In this document: positions 1-9,132 of the stretch, piece after piece
How the letters are laid out: every line of letters begins with the position of its first letter
How positions within the stretch are numbered: the first letter of the stretch is position 1
Assembly: GCA_963813535.1 (NCBI GenBank)
Contig: CAWEZH010000003.1
Coordinates: 160,001 to 224,000, forward strand
DNA length: 64,000 nt
Source: an uncultured Chloroflexia bacterium
Lineage (GTDB): Bacteria; Chloroflexota; Limnocylindria; Limnocylindrales; CSP1-4
Direction of reading: 5' to 3'
Program-made: the position numbers and the translations under genes
Notes under the pieces: model-generated
The model's database searches: none
Told to the model about the DNA's origin: nothing
The model's input: only the letters and a program-made list of their open reading frames with translations

Positions 1-1232
1 CCGTTGCCGATGTGGTACGGGATCGACAGCGAGGTGTACCGGATCCGCGCCGAGAAGAACTCCACGAGGAACGCGGCGATCGGTCCGTACACCATCGTCA
101 CGTAGAAGACCTGGATCCACACGAGCGCGGTCAGCAGCGGGACGTTGGGGTCGGCGCTGATATAGGTCGACGTGATGAGCGGGTCGGTCTTGGGGTTCAG
201 GACCGGGTTCGCGGCCGAGAACATCAGGTTGTAGATCGGGAAGTAGGTCAGCGCCGCCACCAGGCAGCCACCGAGGATGATCGGTTTGCGTCCGATCCGG
301 TCGGACAGGCGCCCGAAGATGATGAAGAACGGCGTGGCCAGCACGATGGCGGTCCCGACGATGACGTACGCCGTGCTGAACTTCACACCCAGGATGTTCT
401 GCATGAAGAACAGCGCCTGGAACTGACCCTGGTACCACACCACCGCCTGACCGGCGGTCATCCCGAAGAGCGCGAGCAGGATCAGCCTGCGGTTCTTCGG
501 ATCGCCGAAGCTCTCCCGCCACGGCGACGACGACGAGCGGCCCTCGGCCTTGAGCTGCGAGAACAGCGGCGTTTCCTGCAGCCGGAGCCGGATGATCAGC
601 GCCAGCACGACAAGGACAGCCGAGAGGATGAACGGGATGCGCCAGCCGTATTCGCGGAAGGCGACATCGCCCATCGTGAGCCGGAAGAACAGGATCACGA
701 CCAGCGCGAGCAGCAGGCCGACGGTCGCCGTCGTCTGGATCCAGCTCGTGTACTTGCCACGCTCGTGATCGGGCGCGTGCTCCGCGACGTAGATCGCCGC
801 GCCGCCGTATTCCCCACCGAGGGCCAGCCCCTGGAGCAGGCGCAGGAACACGAGGAGGATCGGCGCAAGGATGCCGATCTGCGCGTAGGTCGGCAGGAAA
901 CCGACGGCAGCGGTCGCGATGCCCATCAGGCTGATCGTCACGAGGAACGTGAACTTGCGACCGATGATGTCACCGACACGACCGAAGACCGCCGCGCCGA
1001 AGGGTCGGACGGCGAAGCCGGCACCGAACGTCGCGAGCGATGACAGCAGGGCAGCGACCTCGTTCCCGGGCGGGAAGAACTGCGTCGCGAAGAACGCGGC
1101 GAGGACGCCATACAGATAGAAGTCGTACCACTCGATCACGGTGCCGGCAGCGGATGCCGTGATCACGAATGGCAACTTGTAGCGGTAGGTCGCGGCCTCG
1201 GCCGCGGGGACCGGGGTGGCGGTCGTAGCCAA
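1..1232 (-). CDS. MFS transporter, metabolite:H+ symporter (MHS)-like; 3' end runs off the window
   Basis: Not in the ORF track. Manual translation from TTG at 1232 (GGAGG upstream) gives GTVIEWYDFYLYG, RPFGAAVFGRVGDIIGRK, LRLLQGLALGGEYGGA and GWRIPF, all MHS/MFS motifs. Confidence 0.92.
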   Translation of the reverse strand, partial: MATTATPVPAAEAATYRYKLPFVITASAAGTVIEWYDFYLYGVLAAFFATQFFPPGNEVAALLSSLATFGAGFAVRPFGAAVFGRVGDIIGRKFTFLVTISLMGIATAAVGFLPTYAQIGILAPILLVFLRLLQGLALGGEYGGAAIYVAEHAPDHERGKYTSWIQTTATVGLLLALVVILFFRLTMGDVAFREYGWRIPFILSAVLVVLALIIRLRLQETPLFSQLKAEGRSSSSPWRESFGDPKNRRLILLALFGMTAGQAVVWYQGQFQALFFMQNILGVKFSTAYVIVGTAIVLATPFFIIFGRLSDRIGRKPIILGGCLVAALTYFPIYNLMFSAANPVLNPKTDPLITSTYISADPNVPLLTALVWIQVFYVTMVYGPIAAFLVEFFSARIRYTSLSIPYHIGN

Positions 1233-1493
1233 GGGATCCCTCCTCCATGACGCCCGGAAGACCGGGCGAGGGCGTACACGGGGAGCGCGCTCGGTCAGGG
1301 CACGCGGGAGCGCATCAGGCTCGGACGACTCACCTCCCCTCGGGTTCGGGGACGCAAGGGCGGGGGACCCTTGGGGTCGAGCCGATGCAACGGCGTGCCA
1401 CCCAGCGGTGGCATGACATCAGACGCGTCGGACCCTTGCATTCATGTAGCAAACCGGTTAGGCCCGCCGGCCCTCACACGCCGCAGTGGTCGG

Positions 1494-1523
1494 TTGACAC
1501 CCGCCGTGCGGTCGCCGGACACT
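1494..1523 (+). promoter_or_regulatory. Putative sigma70-type promoter of the nucleoside ABC operon
   Basis: TTGACA (1494-1499), 18-nt spacer, GACACT (1518-1523); about 110-nt leader before ATG 1642. Confidence 0.5.
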
Positions 1524-1641
1524 GCCGCCACCGTTGCGTCCGGACACCGCGCCCTAGCCCGCCGAAGGACGACCCGTCCTGGACGCCTTCGCGCTGACCG
1601 TCCGAGGGACGTCATCGCGGCGCACGAGGCAGGAGGACGCC

Positions 1642-2760
1642 ATGCTCGGTCATCGTCGCCAACCGTCCATCGTCGGGCCGAAGAGCCACGCGCTCAACCT
1701 CGCGATGTTCGCCATCGTCGCCCTGCTGGTCGCCGCGTGCGGGACCACCACCGCACCCAGCGCCTCCCAGCCCGGCGCCAGCGCCTCAGCAGCCGCCCCG
1801 AGCGAGGCCGCCAGTCCGTCCGTCGCGGGCAAGCTGGCTGTCTTCGGCGCGTTCGCGACCGAGATCGAGGAGCCGTGGGACGGCGTCATCCACAGCGCGC
1901 TCGAAGACGAGAAGGCCGCAGGTCGCGTCGACTACCAGTTCACCGACGCGATCGGGTATTCGGGCGACATGGAGCGCGTCCTGCGCGAGGTCGCGGAACG
2001 CGATCAGCCGGCGGTCATCTTCGGCGACGCCTTCGGCAACGAGGAGGCCGTGCGCCGAGTGGCGGCTGAGTATCCGGAGATCGCCTTCGTATTCGGCTCG
2101 GGCGGCGGTCCGGCCGAACCGAACTTCTCGGTGTTCGACAACTGGATCCACGAGCCGGCGTACCTCGCCGGGATGCTGGCCGGCGGCCTGACGAAGTCGA
2201 ACACGCTCGGAGTCGTCGGAGGCTACCCGGTACCGGAGGTCAACCGTATCGTCAACGCCTTCATCGGGGGCGCGAAGGAAGTCAATCCCGACGTCGAGGT
2301 GAAGGTGACGTTCCTGAACAGCTGGTTCGATCCCGCGGCGGCCAAGGAGGCGGCGCTGGCCCAGGTCGGGGCCGGGGCGGACGTGCTCTTCGCCGAGCGG
2401 TTCGGGGTCATCGAGGCGGCCTCCGAGAACGATCTGCTCGCGATCGGCAACATGAGCGACCAGAAGGAGCTCGCGCCGCAGCACGTGGTGAGCAGCGTCA
2501 CCTGGAACATGACGCCCACCGTCGGATATGTGATCGACCAGGTCATGGCGGGGGCCTACACCGCTCAGGATCTGAAGGATTTCAGCATGGTGGCCAAGGG
2601 TGGCGCCGCCCTCGCGGCGGTCAACGACGCGGTGACCGGTGGCGTGCCGGCCGATCTATTGACGAAGGTCCAGGACAAGGAGGCCGCGATCAAATCCGGC
2701 ACGTTCCGCGTCGACATCAACGAAGCCACGCCCCCGGGAGCGACCGTCCCGGCCGGTTGA
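1642..2760 (+). CDS. BMP-family ABC substrate-binding lipoprotein (nucleoside/nucleobase)
   Basis: Lipobox LVAAC, Ala/Ser/Pro linker, EPAYLAGMLAG and FLNSWFDPAAAKEAA motifs; GGAGG RBS. Confidence 0.9.
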   Translation: MLGHRRQPSIVGPKSHALNLAMFAIVALLVAACGTTTAPSASQPGASASAAAPSEAASPSVAGKLAVFGAFATEIEEPWDGVIHSALEDEKAAGRVDYQFTDAIGYSGDMERVLREVAERDQPAVIFGDAFGNEEAVRRVAAEYPEIAFVFGSGGGPAEPNFSVFDNWIHEPAYLAGMLAGGLTKSNTLGVVGGYPVPEVNRIVNAFIGGAKEVNPDVEVKVTFLNSWFDPAAAKEAALAQVGAGADVLFAERFGVIEAASENDLLAIGNMSDQKELAPQHVVSSVTWNMTPTVGYVIDQVMAGAYTAQDLKDFSMVAKGGAALAAVNDAVTGGVPADLLTKVQDKEAAIKSGTFRVDINEATPPGATVPAG

Positions 2761-2787
2761 CCATCCGGCTGGCCCCCTGACCGGGAC

Positions 2788-4314
2788 GTGATGCCGGCTG
2801 CCCCGGCGCCGCCGCTCGTCGAGCTCCGGGGCATCACCAAGCGCTTTGGGCGCCTCGTCGCCAACGACCGCGTCGATCTGGTGATCCGACGCGGCGAGGT
2901 GCACGCCCTCCTCGGCGAGAACGGGGCGGGCAAGACGACCCTGATGCGGATCCTCTATGGCCTGACGACGGCCGATGCCGGTGACATCCTCGTCGATGGC
3001 CGACCCATCGCAATCCGGTCACCGCGGGACGCCATCGCGGCCGGCATCGGCATGGTGACCCAGCACTTCTCGCTGGTCCGACCGATGACCGTCGCCGAGA
3101 ATCTGGCCCTCGGGCGTGCGTCGTTCCGCTACGACGAGGGTGCGGCGCGGGCGCGGGTCAGCGAGGTCTCGGCGCGCTACGGCATCTCGGTGGATCCGGC
3201 GCGGCGGGTCGCGGACCTGTCGATCGGAGAGCAGCAGCGGGTCGAGATCCTGAAGGCACTGGCCCGTGACTGTCGTGTGCTCGTGCTCGACGAGCCCACC
3301 GCGGTGCTTGTGCCGCAGGAGGTCACGGCACTGTTCGCCACGCTGGAGCGGCTCGTCGCCGACGGCCTCGGTGTGGTCTTCATCAGCCACAAGCTGGGCG
3401 AGGTTCGGGCCATCAGCGACCGGGTGAGCGTGCTGCGCAAGGGATCGTTGGTGGGCACGGCATCCGGGACCGCCGACGAGCGCGAGCTGGCACGCATGAT
3501 GATCGGGCGTCCGATGACCGGCGTCCGGCGGAGCGGAGACGTTGCGGTCGAGGCGGAACGGCCGCTCCTGGTGGTGCGCGACCTCCAGGTCAGGGGATCG
3601 GGTGTCGACGCGCTGCGGTCGGTCTCGTTCGACGTCGCGCCGGGCGAGATCCTCGGGGTCGCGGGTGTGTCGGGCAACGGCCAGACCGAGCTGGTCGACG
3701 TGCTGGCGGGAATGCGCCGTCCAGATGGTGGTTCGGTCCTCGTCGACGACGTCGAGCTCGCTGGCGCCCAGCCCGGGAAGGTGGTCGCCGCCGGGGTGGG
3801 CCGGATCCCGGAGGATCGCCATGCCTCGCTGGTACCGGACCTGTCCGTTGCGCTCAATCTGGTCCTCGAGCGCATCGACGACTTCGGTGGCTGGGGTCGC
3901 CTCGACGAGCGCGGCATCCGGGAGCACGCCGCCGACCTCATCGAGCGGTATTCGATCAGGGCCCGGCCCGAGGACCGGCTTGGGACGCTGTCGGGCGGCA
4001 ACGTGCAGAAGGTGCTCCTCGCCCGCGTGCTGTCGCGGGATCCGCGCGTCCTGATCGTCTCCCAGCCCACGCGCGGACTGGATGTCGGTGCGACGGAGTA
4101 CGTGCGTTCCGAGCTGCTCGCCCGGCGGGCAGCGGGCAGTGCCGTCCTGCTCGTGTCGGAGGACCTCGACGAGCTCCTTGCCCTTGCCGACCGCCTGATC
4201 GTGCTGTACGAGGGCCGGATCGTCGGCGAGATGCGCGCCGAGGACGCGGTCCCGGAGCGTCTCGGCCTGCTGATGGCGGGCCGTGCAGACGATCCCGACG
4301 GACGGGCTGCATGA
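2788..4314 (+). CDS. Nucleoside ABC transporter ATPase (two ABC domains, CUT2 type)
   Basis: GENGAGKT, LSIGEQQRVEI, LDEPT; second domain LSGGNVQK and QPTRGLDVGA. Confidence 0.95.
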   Translation: MMPAAPAPPLVELRGITKRFGRLVANDRVDLVIRRGEVHALLGENGAGKTTLMRILYGLTTADAGDILVDGRPIAIRSPRDAIAAGIGMVTQHFSLVRPMTVAENLALGRASFRYDEGAARARVSEVSARYGISVDPARRVADLSIGEQQRVEILKALARDCRVLVLDEPTAVLVPQEVTALFATLERLVADGLGVVFISHKLGEVRAISDRVSVLRKGSLVGTASGTADERELARMMIGRPMTGVRRSGDVAVEAERPLLVVRDLQVRGSGVDALRSVSFDVAPGEILGVAGVSGNGQTELVDVLAGMRRPDGGSVLVDDVELAGAQPGKVVAAGVGRIPEDRHASLVPDLSVALNLVLERIDDFGGWGRLDERGIREHAADLIERYSIRARPEDRLGTLSGGNVQKVLLARVLSRDPRVLIVSQPTRGLDVGATEYVRSELLARRAAGSAVLLVSEDLDELLALADRLIVLYEGRIVGEMRAEDAVPERLGLLMAGRADDPDGRAA

Positions 4315-5498
4315 CCGTCGCCATCGGGGGCATGCGAAGCGTCCGCTGGCGCGCCCTGGTCTGGTCGACACCGGGGCTGGCGCTCATGGCTCTGGTCATC
4401 ACGTTCCTGCTGACGGCCGGAGCTATCGCTCTCGCCGGAGCCGACCCCCTCACCGCCTATGCCGAGTTCCTCATCGTGCCCCTGACCTCGCGGTTCTCGG
4501 TCCTCGAGGTCCTCGTCGCATCGACGCCGATCCTCCTCACGGGCGCGGCGGTCGCGCTCGCATTCCGCGGCGGCTACTGGAACATCGGTGCCGAGGGACA
4601 GCTGCTCGTCGGAGCGATCATGGCAGCGGCGGTCGGGCAGATCGCGGGACTGCCCCAGGTCGTGGCCGTGCCGCTCATGATCCTGGGCGGTGCGATAGGC
4701 GGGGCGTTGTGGGCGCTCGGTCCGGCGTTGTTGCGCGTGCGCTTCGGGATCGACGAGGTCGTGACCACGCTCCTCCTCAACCCGGTCGCGCTGCTGCTTG
4801 TCAACGCGCTGCTTCACGGCCCGTGGCGCGACCCGGTCTCGGGGTTCCCGGAATCGCCACGGATCGCCGAGGCGGCTGAGTTCCCCCAGCTGCTCGAGCG
4901 ATCGCGGCTCCATCTTGGGTTCCTCGTGGCCCTCATGGTCGTCACCATGGTCGGGTACATCGTGGGGCGGACACCGGCCGGACTCCGGCTGCGAGCCGTC
5001 GGCCTGAGCCCGCACGGCGCACGGTTCGCCGGGATCGATGTCGGTCGGACGCTGCTCCTGACGGCCCTCGCGAGCGGAGCCATCGCCGGGATCGCCGGCG
5101 TCGGCGAGGTGGCCGGGATCCAGTTCCGGCTGACTTCGGGGCTCTCGCCGGGCTACGGCTACACAGGGATCGTGGTGGCGACCCTCGGCGGTCTCACGAT
5201 GCCCGGCGTCACTGTGGCCGCACTCTTGCTCGGGGACCTATCGGTCGGAGCGAGCTCCGCGGGCCGAGCGCTCGGGATCCCGTCGCAGCTCGGGGCCGTC
5301 GTCCAGGGCACGCTCCTGCTCGTGACGATCGCCCTGCTCGCGATCCGGCGCAACCGTCTGGTCGGTTCGGCGCTCACCTCGGAGGGGGCCGGCGTCGCGG
5401 CTGACGCGGTCGCGGCAGACATGGCGGTGCCACCGCTCGAGCTCGACGAGATGGATGCCGCGCCTTCCGCCGTCGCCGGGGACGATCCCGTCCGATGA
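4311..5498 (+). CDS. Nucleoside ABC transporter permease
   Basis: Multi-TM; WNIGAEGQ, EVVTTLLLN, GYGYTGIVVA; ATGA overlap with the ATPase. Confidence 0.92.
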   Translation: MTVAIGGMRSVRWRALVWSTPGLALMALVITFLLTAGAIALAGADPLTAYAEFLIVPLTSRFSVLEVLVASTPILLTGAAVALAFRGGYWNIGAEGQLLVGAIMAAAVGQIAGLPQVVAVPLMILGGAIGGALWALGPALLRVRFGIDEVVTTLLLNPVALLLVNALLHGPWRDPVSGFPESPRIAEAAEFPQLLERSRLHLGFLVALMVVTMVGYIVGRTPAGLRLRAVGLSPHGARFAGIDVGRTLLLTALASGAIAGIAGVGEVAGIQFRLTSGLSPGYGYTGIVVATLGGLTMPGVTVAALLLGDLSVGASSAGRALGIPSQLGAVVQGTLLLVTIALLAIRRNRLVGSALTSEGAGVAADAVAADMAVPPLELDEMDAAPSAVAGDDPVR

Positions 5499-6409
5499 CG
5501 TTCTTCGTCGACCTCATCGCAGCCACCTTGCGCAACGCGACCCCGCTGGTTTACGGCGGAGTCGGCGAGACCTTCACGGAGCGTGCCGGGGTCCTCAATC
5601 TCGGAATCGAGGGGACGATGTACGCCGGGGCCTTCACCGGCTTCGCAGTCGCCTATGCGAGTGGCTCACTGCTCCTCGGGCTGACTGCCGCGATCGTCGT
5701 CGGCCTGCTCGCAGGTGGGCTGATGGCGCTGCTCACCGTGACGCTCGGGGCCAACCAGCACGTCTCGGGCATCGGCCTGACGATCGGGTTGATCGGCCTG
5801 TCAGAGTTCGCGAACCGGCTCATCTTCGGTGGCACCGAACTCGTGCGGATCGATCCGTTCCCCGCGCTCGAAGCCCCCGCCGCCCTCGGCCCGCTCGCAC
5901 CGGTATTCAGCCAGTACGGCCTGACATGGCTGGCGTTCCTGGTGGTGGTCCCGGCCGCGTGGTGGTTGCTGAATCGGTCCTCCTTCGGTCTCGATGTGCG
6001 CGCCGTCGGCGAGAATCCGGAGGCCGCGGACGCCGCAGGGATCCGCGTGGGGCTGACCCGGTACCTCGCGCTCATGCTCGGTGGTGCCTTGATGGCCATC
6101 GGTGGAGCATTCATCACCCTCGCGCTCCTCGGCAGCTTCACGCTCGACATCATCGCCGGGCGCGGGTGGGTCGCCGTCGCGCTCGTGATCTTCGGTCGCT
6201 GGCGCATCATGCGGGTGGTCGGCGGTGCGCTCCTGTTCGCGGCGGTCTATTCGCTCCAGCTCCGCCTCAGGATCCTCCCGGGCTTCGGAGAGATCCCCTT
6301 CGAGCTGCTGCTCGCTCTTCCGTATCTTGTGGTCATCGCCGCGCTGGCGATCTCGGGCCGCAACGTCGCCTACCCGGGTGCATATCTGAAGCCATACCGC
6401 CGAAGCTGA
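5495..6409 (+). CDS. Nucleoside ABC transporter permease
   Basis: ERAGVLNLGIEG, RAVGENPEAADAAGI, AGRGWVAVALVIFG, LPY motifs. Confidence 0.93.
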   Translation: MTFFVDLIAATLRNATPLVYGGVGETFTERAGVLNLGIEGTMYAGAFTGFAVAYASGSLLLGLTAAIVVGLLAGGLMALLTVTLGANQHVSGIGLTIGLIGLSEFANRLIFGGTELVRIDPFPALEAPAALGPLAPVFSQYGLTWLAFLVVVPAAWWLLNRSSFGLDVRAVGENPEAADAAGIRVGLTRYLALMLGGALMAIGGAFITLALLGSFTLDIIAGRGWVAVALVIFGRWRIMRVVGGALLFAAVYSLQLRLRILPGFGEIPFELLLALPYLVVIAALAISGRNVAYPGAYLKPYRRS

Positions 6410-6416
6410 GGACGCC

Positions 6417-6863
6417 ATGACCGACCAGGAGTACCTCGCCGTCGCGATCGAGCAGGCGCGTGCCGGCCGTGATGAAGGCGGCGTGCCGATCGGGGCGGCC
6501 CTCGTGGTCGATGGACAGGTCGTCGGCACCGGCCACAACCGACGCGTCCAAATGGGGAGCGCGATCCGGCACGGTGAGACCGACGCGCTGGAGGAGGCGG
6601 GCCGCCTGTCGGCGGCGGTCTACCGGCGCGCGACGATGTACACGACCCTCTCGCCCTGCGACATGTGCACGGGCGCGATCCTGCTGTACGGCATCCCGCG
6701 GGTCGTCATCGGCGAGAACCGCACGTTCCTCGGCGCCGAGGACCTGCTTCGATCCCGGGGCGTCGAGGTCGTGAACCTCGATTCCGCCGCGTGCAAGGCC
6801 TTGATGGACGAATTCATCGCGGCCCATCCCGACATCTGGAACGAGGATATCGGCGAGACGTAG
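6417..6863 (+). CDS. Cytosine/nucleoside deaminase, CDA-fold (yeast Fcy1-like)
   Basis: EGGVPIGA, Zn motif HGE...SPCDMC, C-terminal WNEDIGE resembling the fungal cytosine deaminase C-terminus. Confidence 0.88.
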   Translation: MTDQEYLAVAIEQARAGRDEGGVPIGAALVVDGQVVGTGHNRRVQMGSAIRHGETDALEEAGRLSAAVYRRATMYTTLSPCDMCTGAILLYGIPRVVIGENRTFLGAEDLLRSRGVEVVNLDSAACKALMDEFIAAHPDIWNEDIGET

Positions 6864-6914
6864 GCATGCTCGGCGCGTTCGGCGGCGAAGGACCGTCGGC
6901 TACACTCCCGCACG

Positions 6915-7934
6915 ATGACGACCGAGATCCTCCCAGCGCCGTCACCCGTGGAGGCGTCTGCCCCGCGGCCGCGGATCTTCTCGGGTATCCAGCCCTCGGG
7001 CGCGCCCCACATCGGCAACGACCTGGGCGCCATCCGCAACTACGTGAAGCTCCAGTGGGAGTACGAGGCGATCTACTGCATCGTCGACTACCACGCGCTG
7101 ACGAGCCTCCACGATCCGGATCGACTCCGGCGGCAGACGCGCGAGATGGCGGCCGGGCTGCTCGCGCTGGGTCTCGATCCCGAGCGCTGCACGCTCTTCG
7201 TCCAGAGCCATCGACCGGAGTGCACCGAGCTCGCCTGGCTGCTCGCCACCGTCACGCCGGTCAGCTGGCTGGAGCGCACGCCGACGTACAAGGAGAAGCG
7301 CGAGAACCAGCCCGACGACATCAATCACGGCCTGCTGACGTACCCGGTGCTCCAGGCTGCAGACATCATCCTGTACAAGGCCTCGCTGGTCCCCGTCGGC
7401 AAGGACCAGGCAGCCCATCTCGAGCTGTCGCGCGAGATCGTGCGGTCCTTCAACAACCGCTACGGCGAGGTCTTCCCTGAGCCCCAGGCGGTCTTCACCG
7501 AGGCACCGATCGTGCTCGGAACGGATGGCGTCCGAAAGATGAGCAAGTCCCTCGGCAACACCATCGACATCTTTGCCCCCGAAGATGTCATCAGGAAGCA
7601 GATCATGTCGATGGTCACCGACACCAAGCGGATCCTCCGGACCGACCCGGGTCGCCCAGAGGTCTGCAACGTGTGCCAGCTCCACCGCTCGTTCGGTGAC
7701 GACTACGAGGAGATCTGGGATGGCGAGCGGACGGCGCGCACCGGTTGCGTCGACACGAAGAAGCTCCTCGCCGACCGCGTCCTCGCGCGCTACGCAGACG
7801 CCCGCCAGCGCTACGGCGAGCTGATGGCCGACCCCGCCCGTATCGATCGCATCCTCGCGGATGGGGCCGAGCGCATCCGCCCGATCGCCCAGGCGACGAT
7901 GGACGAGGTCCATCACAAGATGGGGCTGCGCTGA
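6915..7934 (+). CDS. trpS: Tryptophan--tRNA ligase
   Basis: SGIQPSG, HIGN, YPVLQAADI, VPVGKDQ, KMSKS. Confidence 0.97.
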   Translation: MTTEILPAPSPVEASAPRPRIFSGIQPSGAPHIGNDLGAIRNYVKLQWEYEAIYCIVDYHALTSLHDPDRLRRQTREMAAGLLALGLDPERCTLFVQSHRPECTELAWLLATVTPVSWLERTPTYKEKRENQPDDINHGLLTYPVLQAADIILYKASLVPVGKDQAAHLELSREIVRSFNNRYGEVFPEPQAVFTEAPIVLGTDGVRKMSKSLGNTIDIFAPEDVIRKQIMSMVTDTKRILRTDPGRPEVCNVCQLHRSFGDDYEEIWDGERTARTGCVDTKKLLADRVLARYADARQRYGELMADPARIDRILADGAERIRPIAQATMDEVHHKMGLR

Positions 7935-7941
7935 GGCGGAC

Positions 7942-9132
7942 ATGGCCGACGCGATCGCACCCGGGGGTCGCGACCGCCGGCTCCTGAGCGCCATCCTCGT
8001 GCTCGGGACGATCGTCCTGTTCTTCGTGGCCGTCAACCTGGCCGCGTCGGCGATCGGGTACTTCGGCGATGTCCTGCTGGCGTTCTTCCTCGCGTGGCTG
8101 CTGGCATTCATCATCAGCCCGGTCGTCTCGCGCAGCGTCAACCTGATCCCACGCCTGCCGCGCGTCCTCGCGACCGTGCTCGTCTATACGCTGATCGTCG
8201 CGGTCCTCGTCTTCCTCGTCCTGGTCATCGCCCAGGCGCTGTCGAACTCGATCACGCAGTTCGCCGCGTCCCTGCCGGAGATCCGCGGCAACATCACGAT
8301 CATCGTCCTGCCGATGCAGACATGGCTCGACTCGATCGGGCTGGGCCAGGTCGATCTCTCGACGCAGGCACTGGCGGTGATCGACAACCTCGACGAGTTC
8401 GCGGGGCAGCTCATCGTCCCGCTCCAGTCGGTCGCCGTCGCCAGCCTCGGGGCCATCGGCACGATGCTGATCGTGTTCATCCTGTCGATCTACATGGTCA
8501 TCGACCGCGACCAGATCATGGCCTTCCTCTTCCGTCTCGTGCCGCCGGCATACGCCGAGGAGGCACGACTCCTGCAGACGTCCGTGGCGCGGTCCTTCGG
8601 CGGCTTCCTGCGCGGTCAGGCGTTCATGGGCATCGTGTACTTCGGCGTGGCGCTGCTGACCCACGCGATCCTCGGGCTCGAGCTGACGGCCCTCTCGGCG
8701 ACGTCGGCCGGTGTCCTGATGGCCATCCCGTTCTTCGGGCCGTTCTTCGCCTGGGCCCCACCGGTCCTCGTCGCACTGTTCACCAAGCCGGACGCGGTGC
8801 TGCCGGCGATCGTGCTGATGGGTGCTGGCTGGGTGGTCGTGATGAACGCGCTCCAGCCGCGGATCATGCAGGGCGCCGTGGGGATCCACCCCATCGTGGT
8901 CCTCGGCTCCGTGCTCATCGGGTCGAAGATCGCCGGCATCCCTGGGGCGATCTTCGGGATCCCCGTCGCGGCTGTCGTGTCGTCATTCTTCTTCCACTTC
9001 CTGCATCTGTCGGCCGGCGATCGGACCGTGGCCGGCCGGGCCGCGAAGCGCCTCAGCGAACGCGAGGGGCGATCGGTCCAGGTGCCCCGCGAGCCGGCGC
9101 CCGGCCAGGCAACCGACGTACCCGAACCATGA
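7942..9132 (+). CDS. AI-2E (PerM) family transporter
   Basis: Multi-TM; GGFLRGQ, IPFFGP, LQPRIMQGAVGIHP; start set at ATG 7942 just after trpS. Confidence 0.88.
   Translation: MADAIAPGGRDRRLLSAILVLGTIVLFFVAVNLAASAIGYFGDVLLAFFLAWLLAFIISPVVSRSVNLIPRLPRVLATVLVYTLIVAVLVFLVLVIAQALSNSITQFAASLPEIRGNITIIVLPMQTWLDSIGLGQVDLSTQALAVIDNLDEFAGQLIVPLQSVAVASLGAIGTMLIVFILSIYMVIDRDQIMAFLFRLVPPAYAEEARLLQTSVARSFGGFLRGQAFMGIVYFGVALLTHAILGLELTALSATSAGVLMAIPFFGPFFAWAPPVLVALFTKPDAVLPAIVLMGAGWVVVMNALQPRIMQGAVGIHPIVVLGSVLIGSKIAGIPGAIFGIPVAAVVSSFFFHFLHLSAGDRTVAGRAAKRLSEREGRSVQVPREPAPGQATDVPEP

Noticed and set aside
12-1043. 343-aa plus-strand ORF and many other long antisense or alternate-frame ORFs
   Set aside because: Shadow ORFs typical of high-GC DNA; the real gene here is the minus-strand MFS transporter.
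1567-1574. GG-ACGA-CC resembling a guanidine-II (mini-ykkC) hairpin
   Set aside because: The stem is only 2 bp, there is no second ACGR hairpin, and the downstream genes are not guanidine-related.
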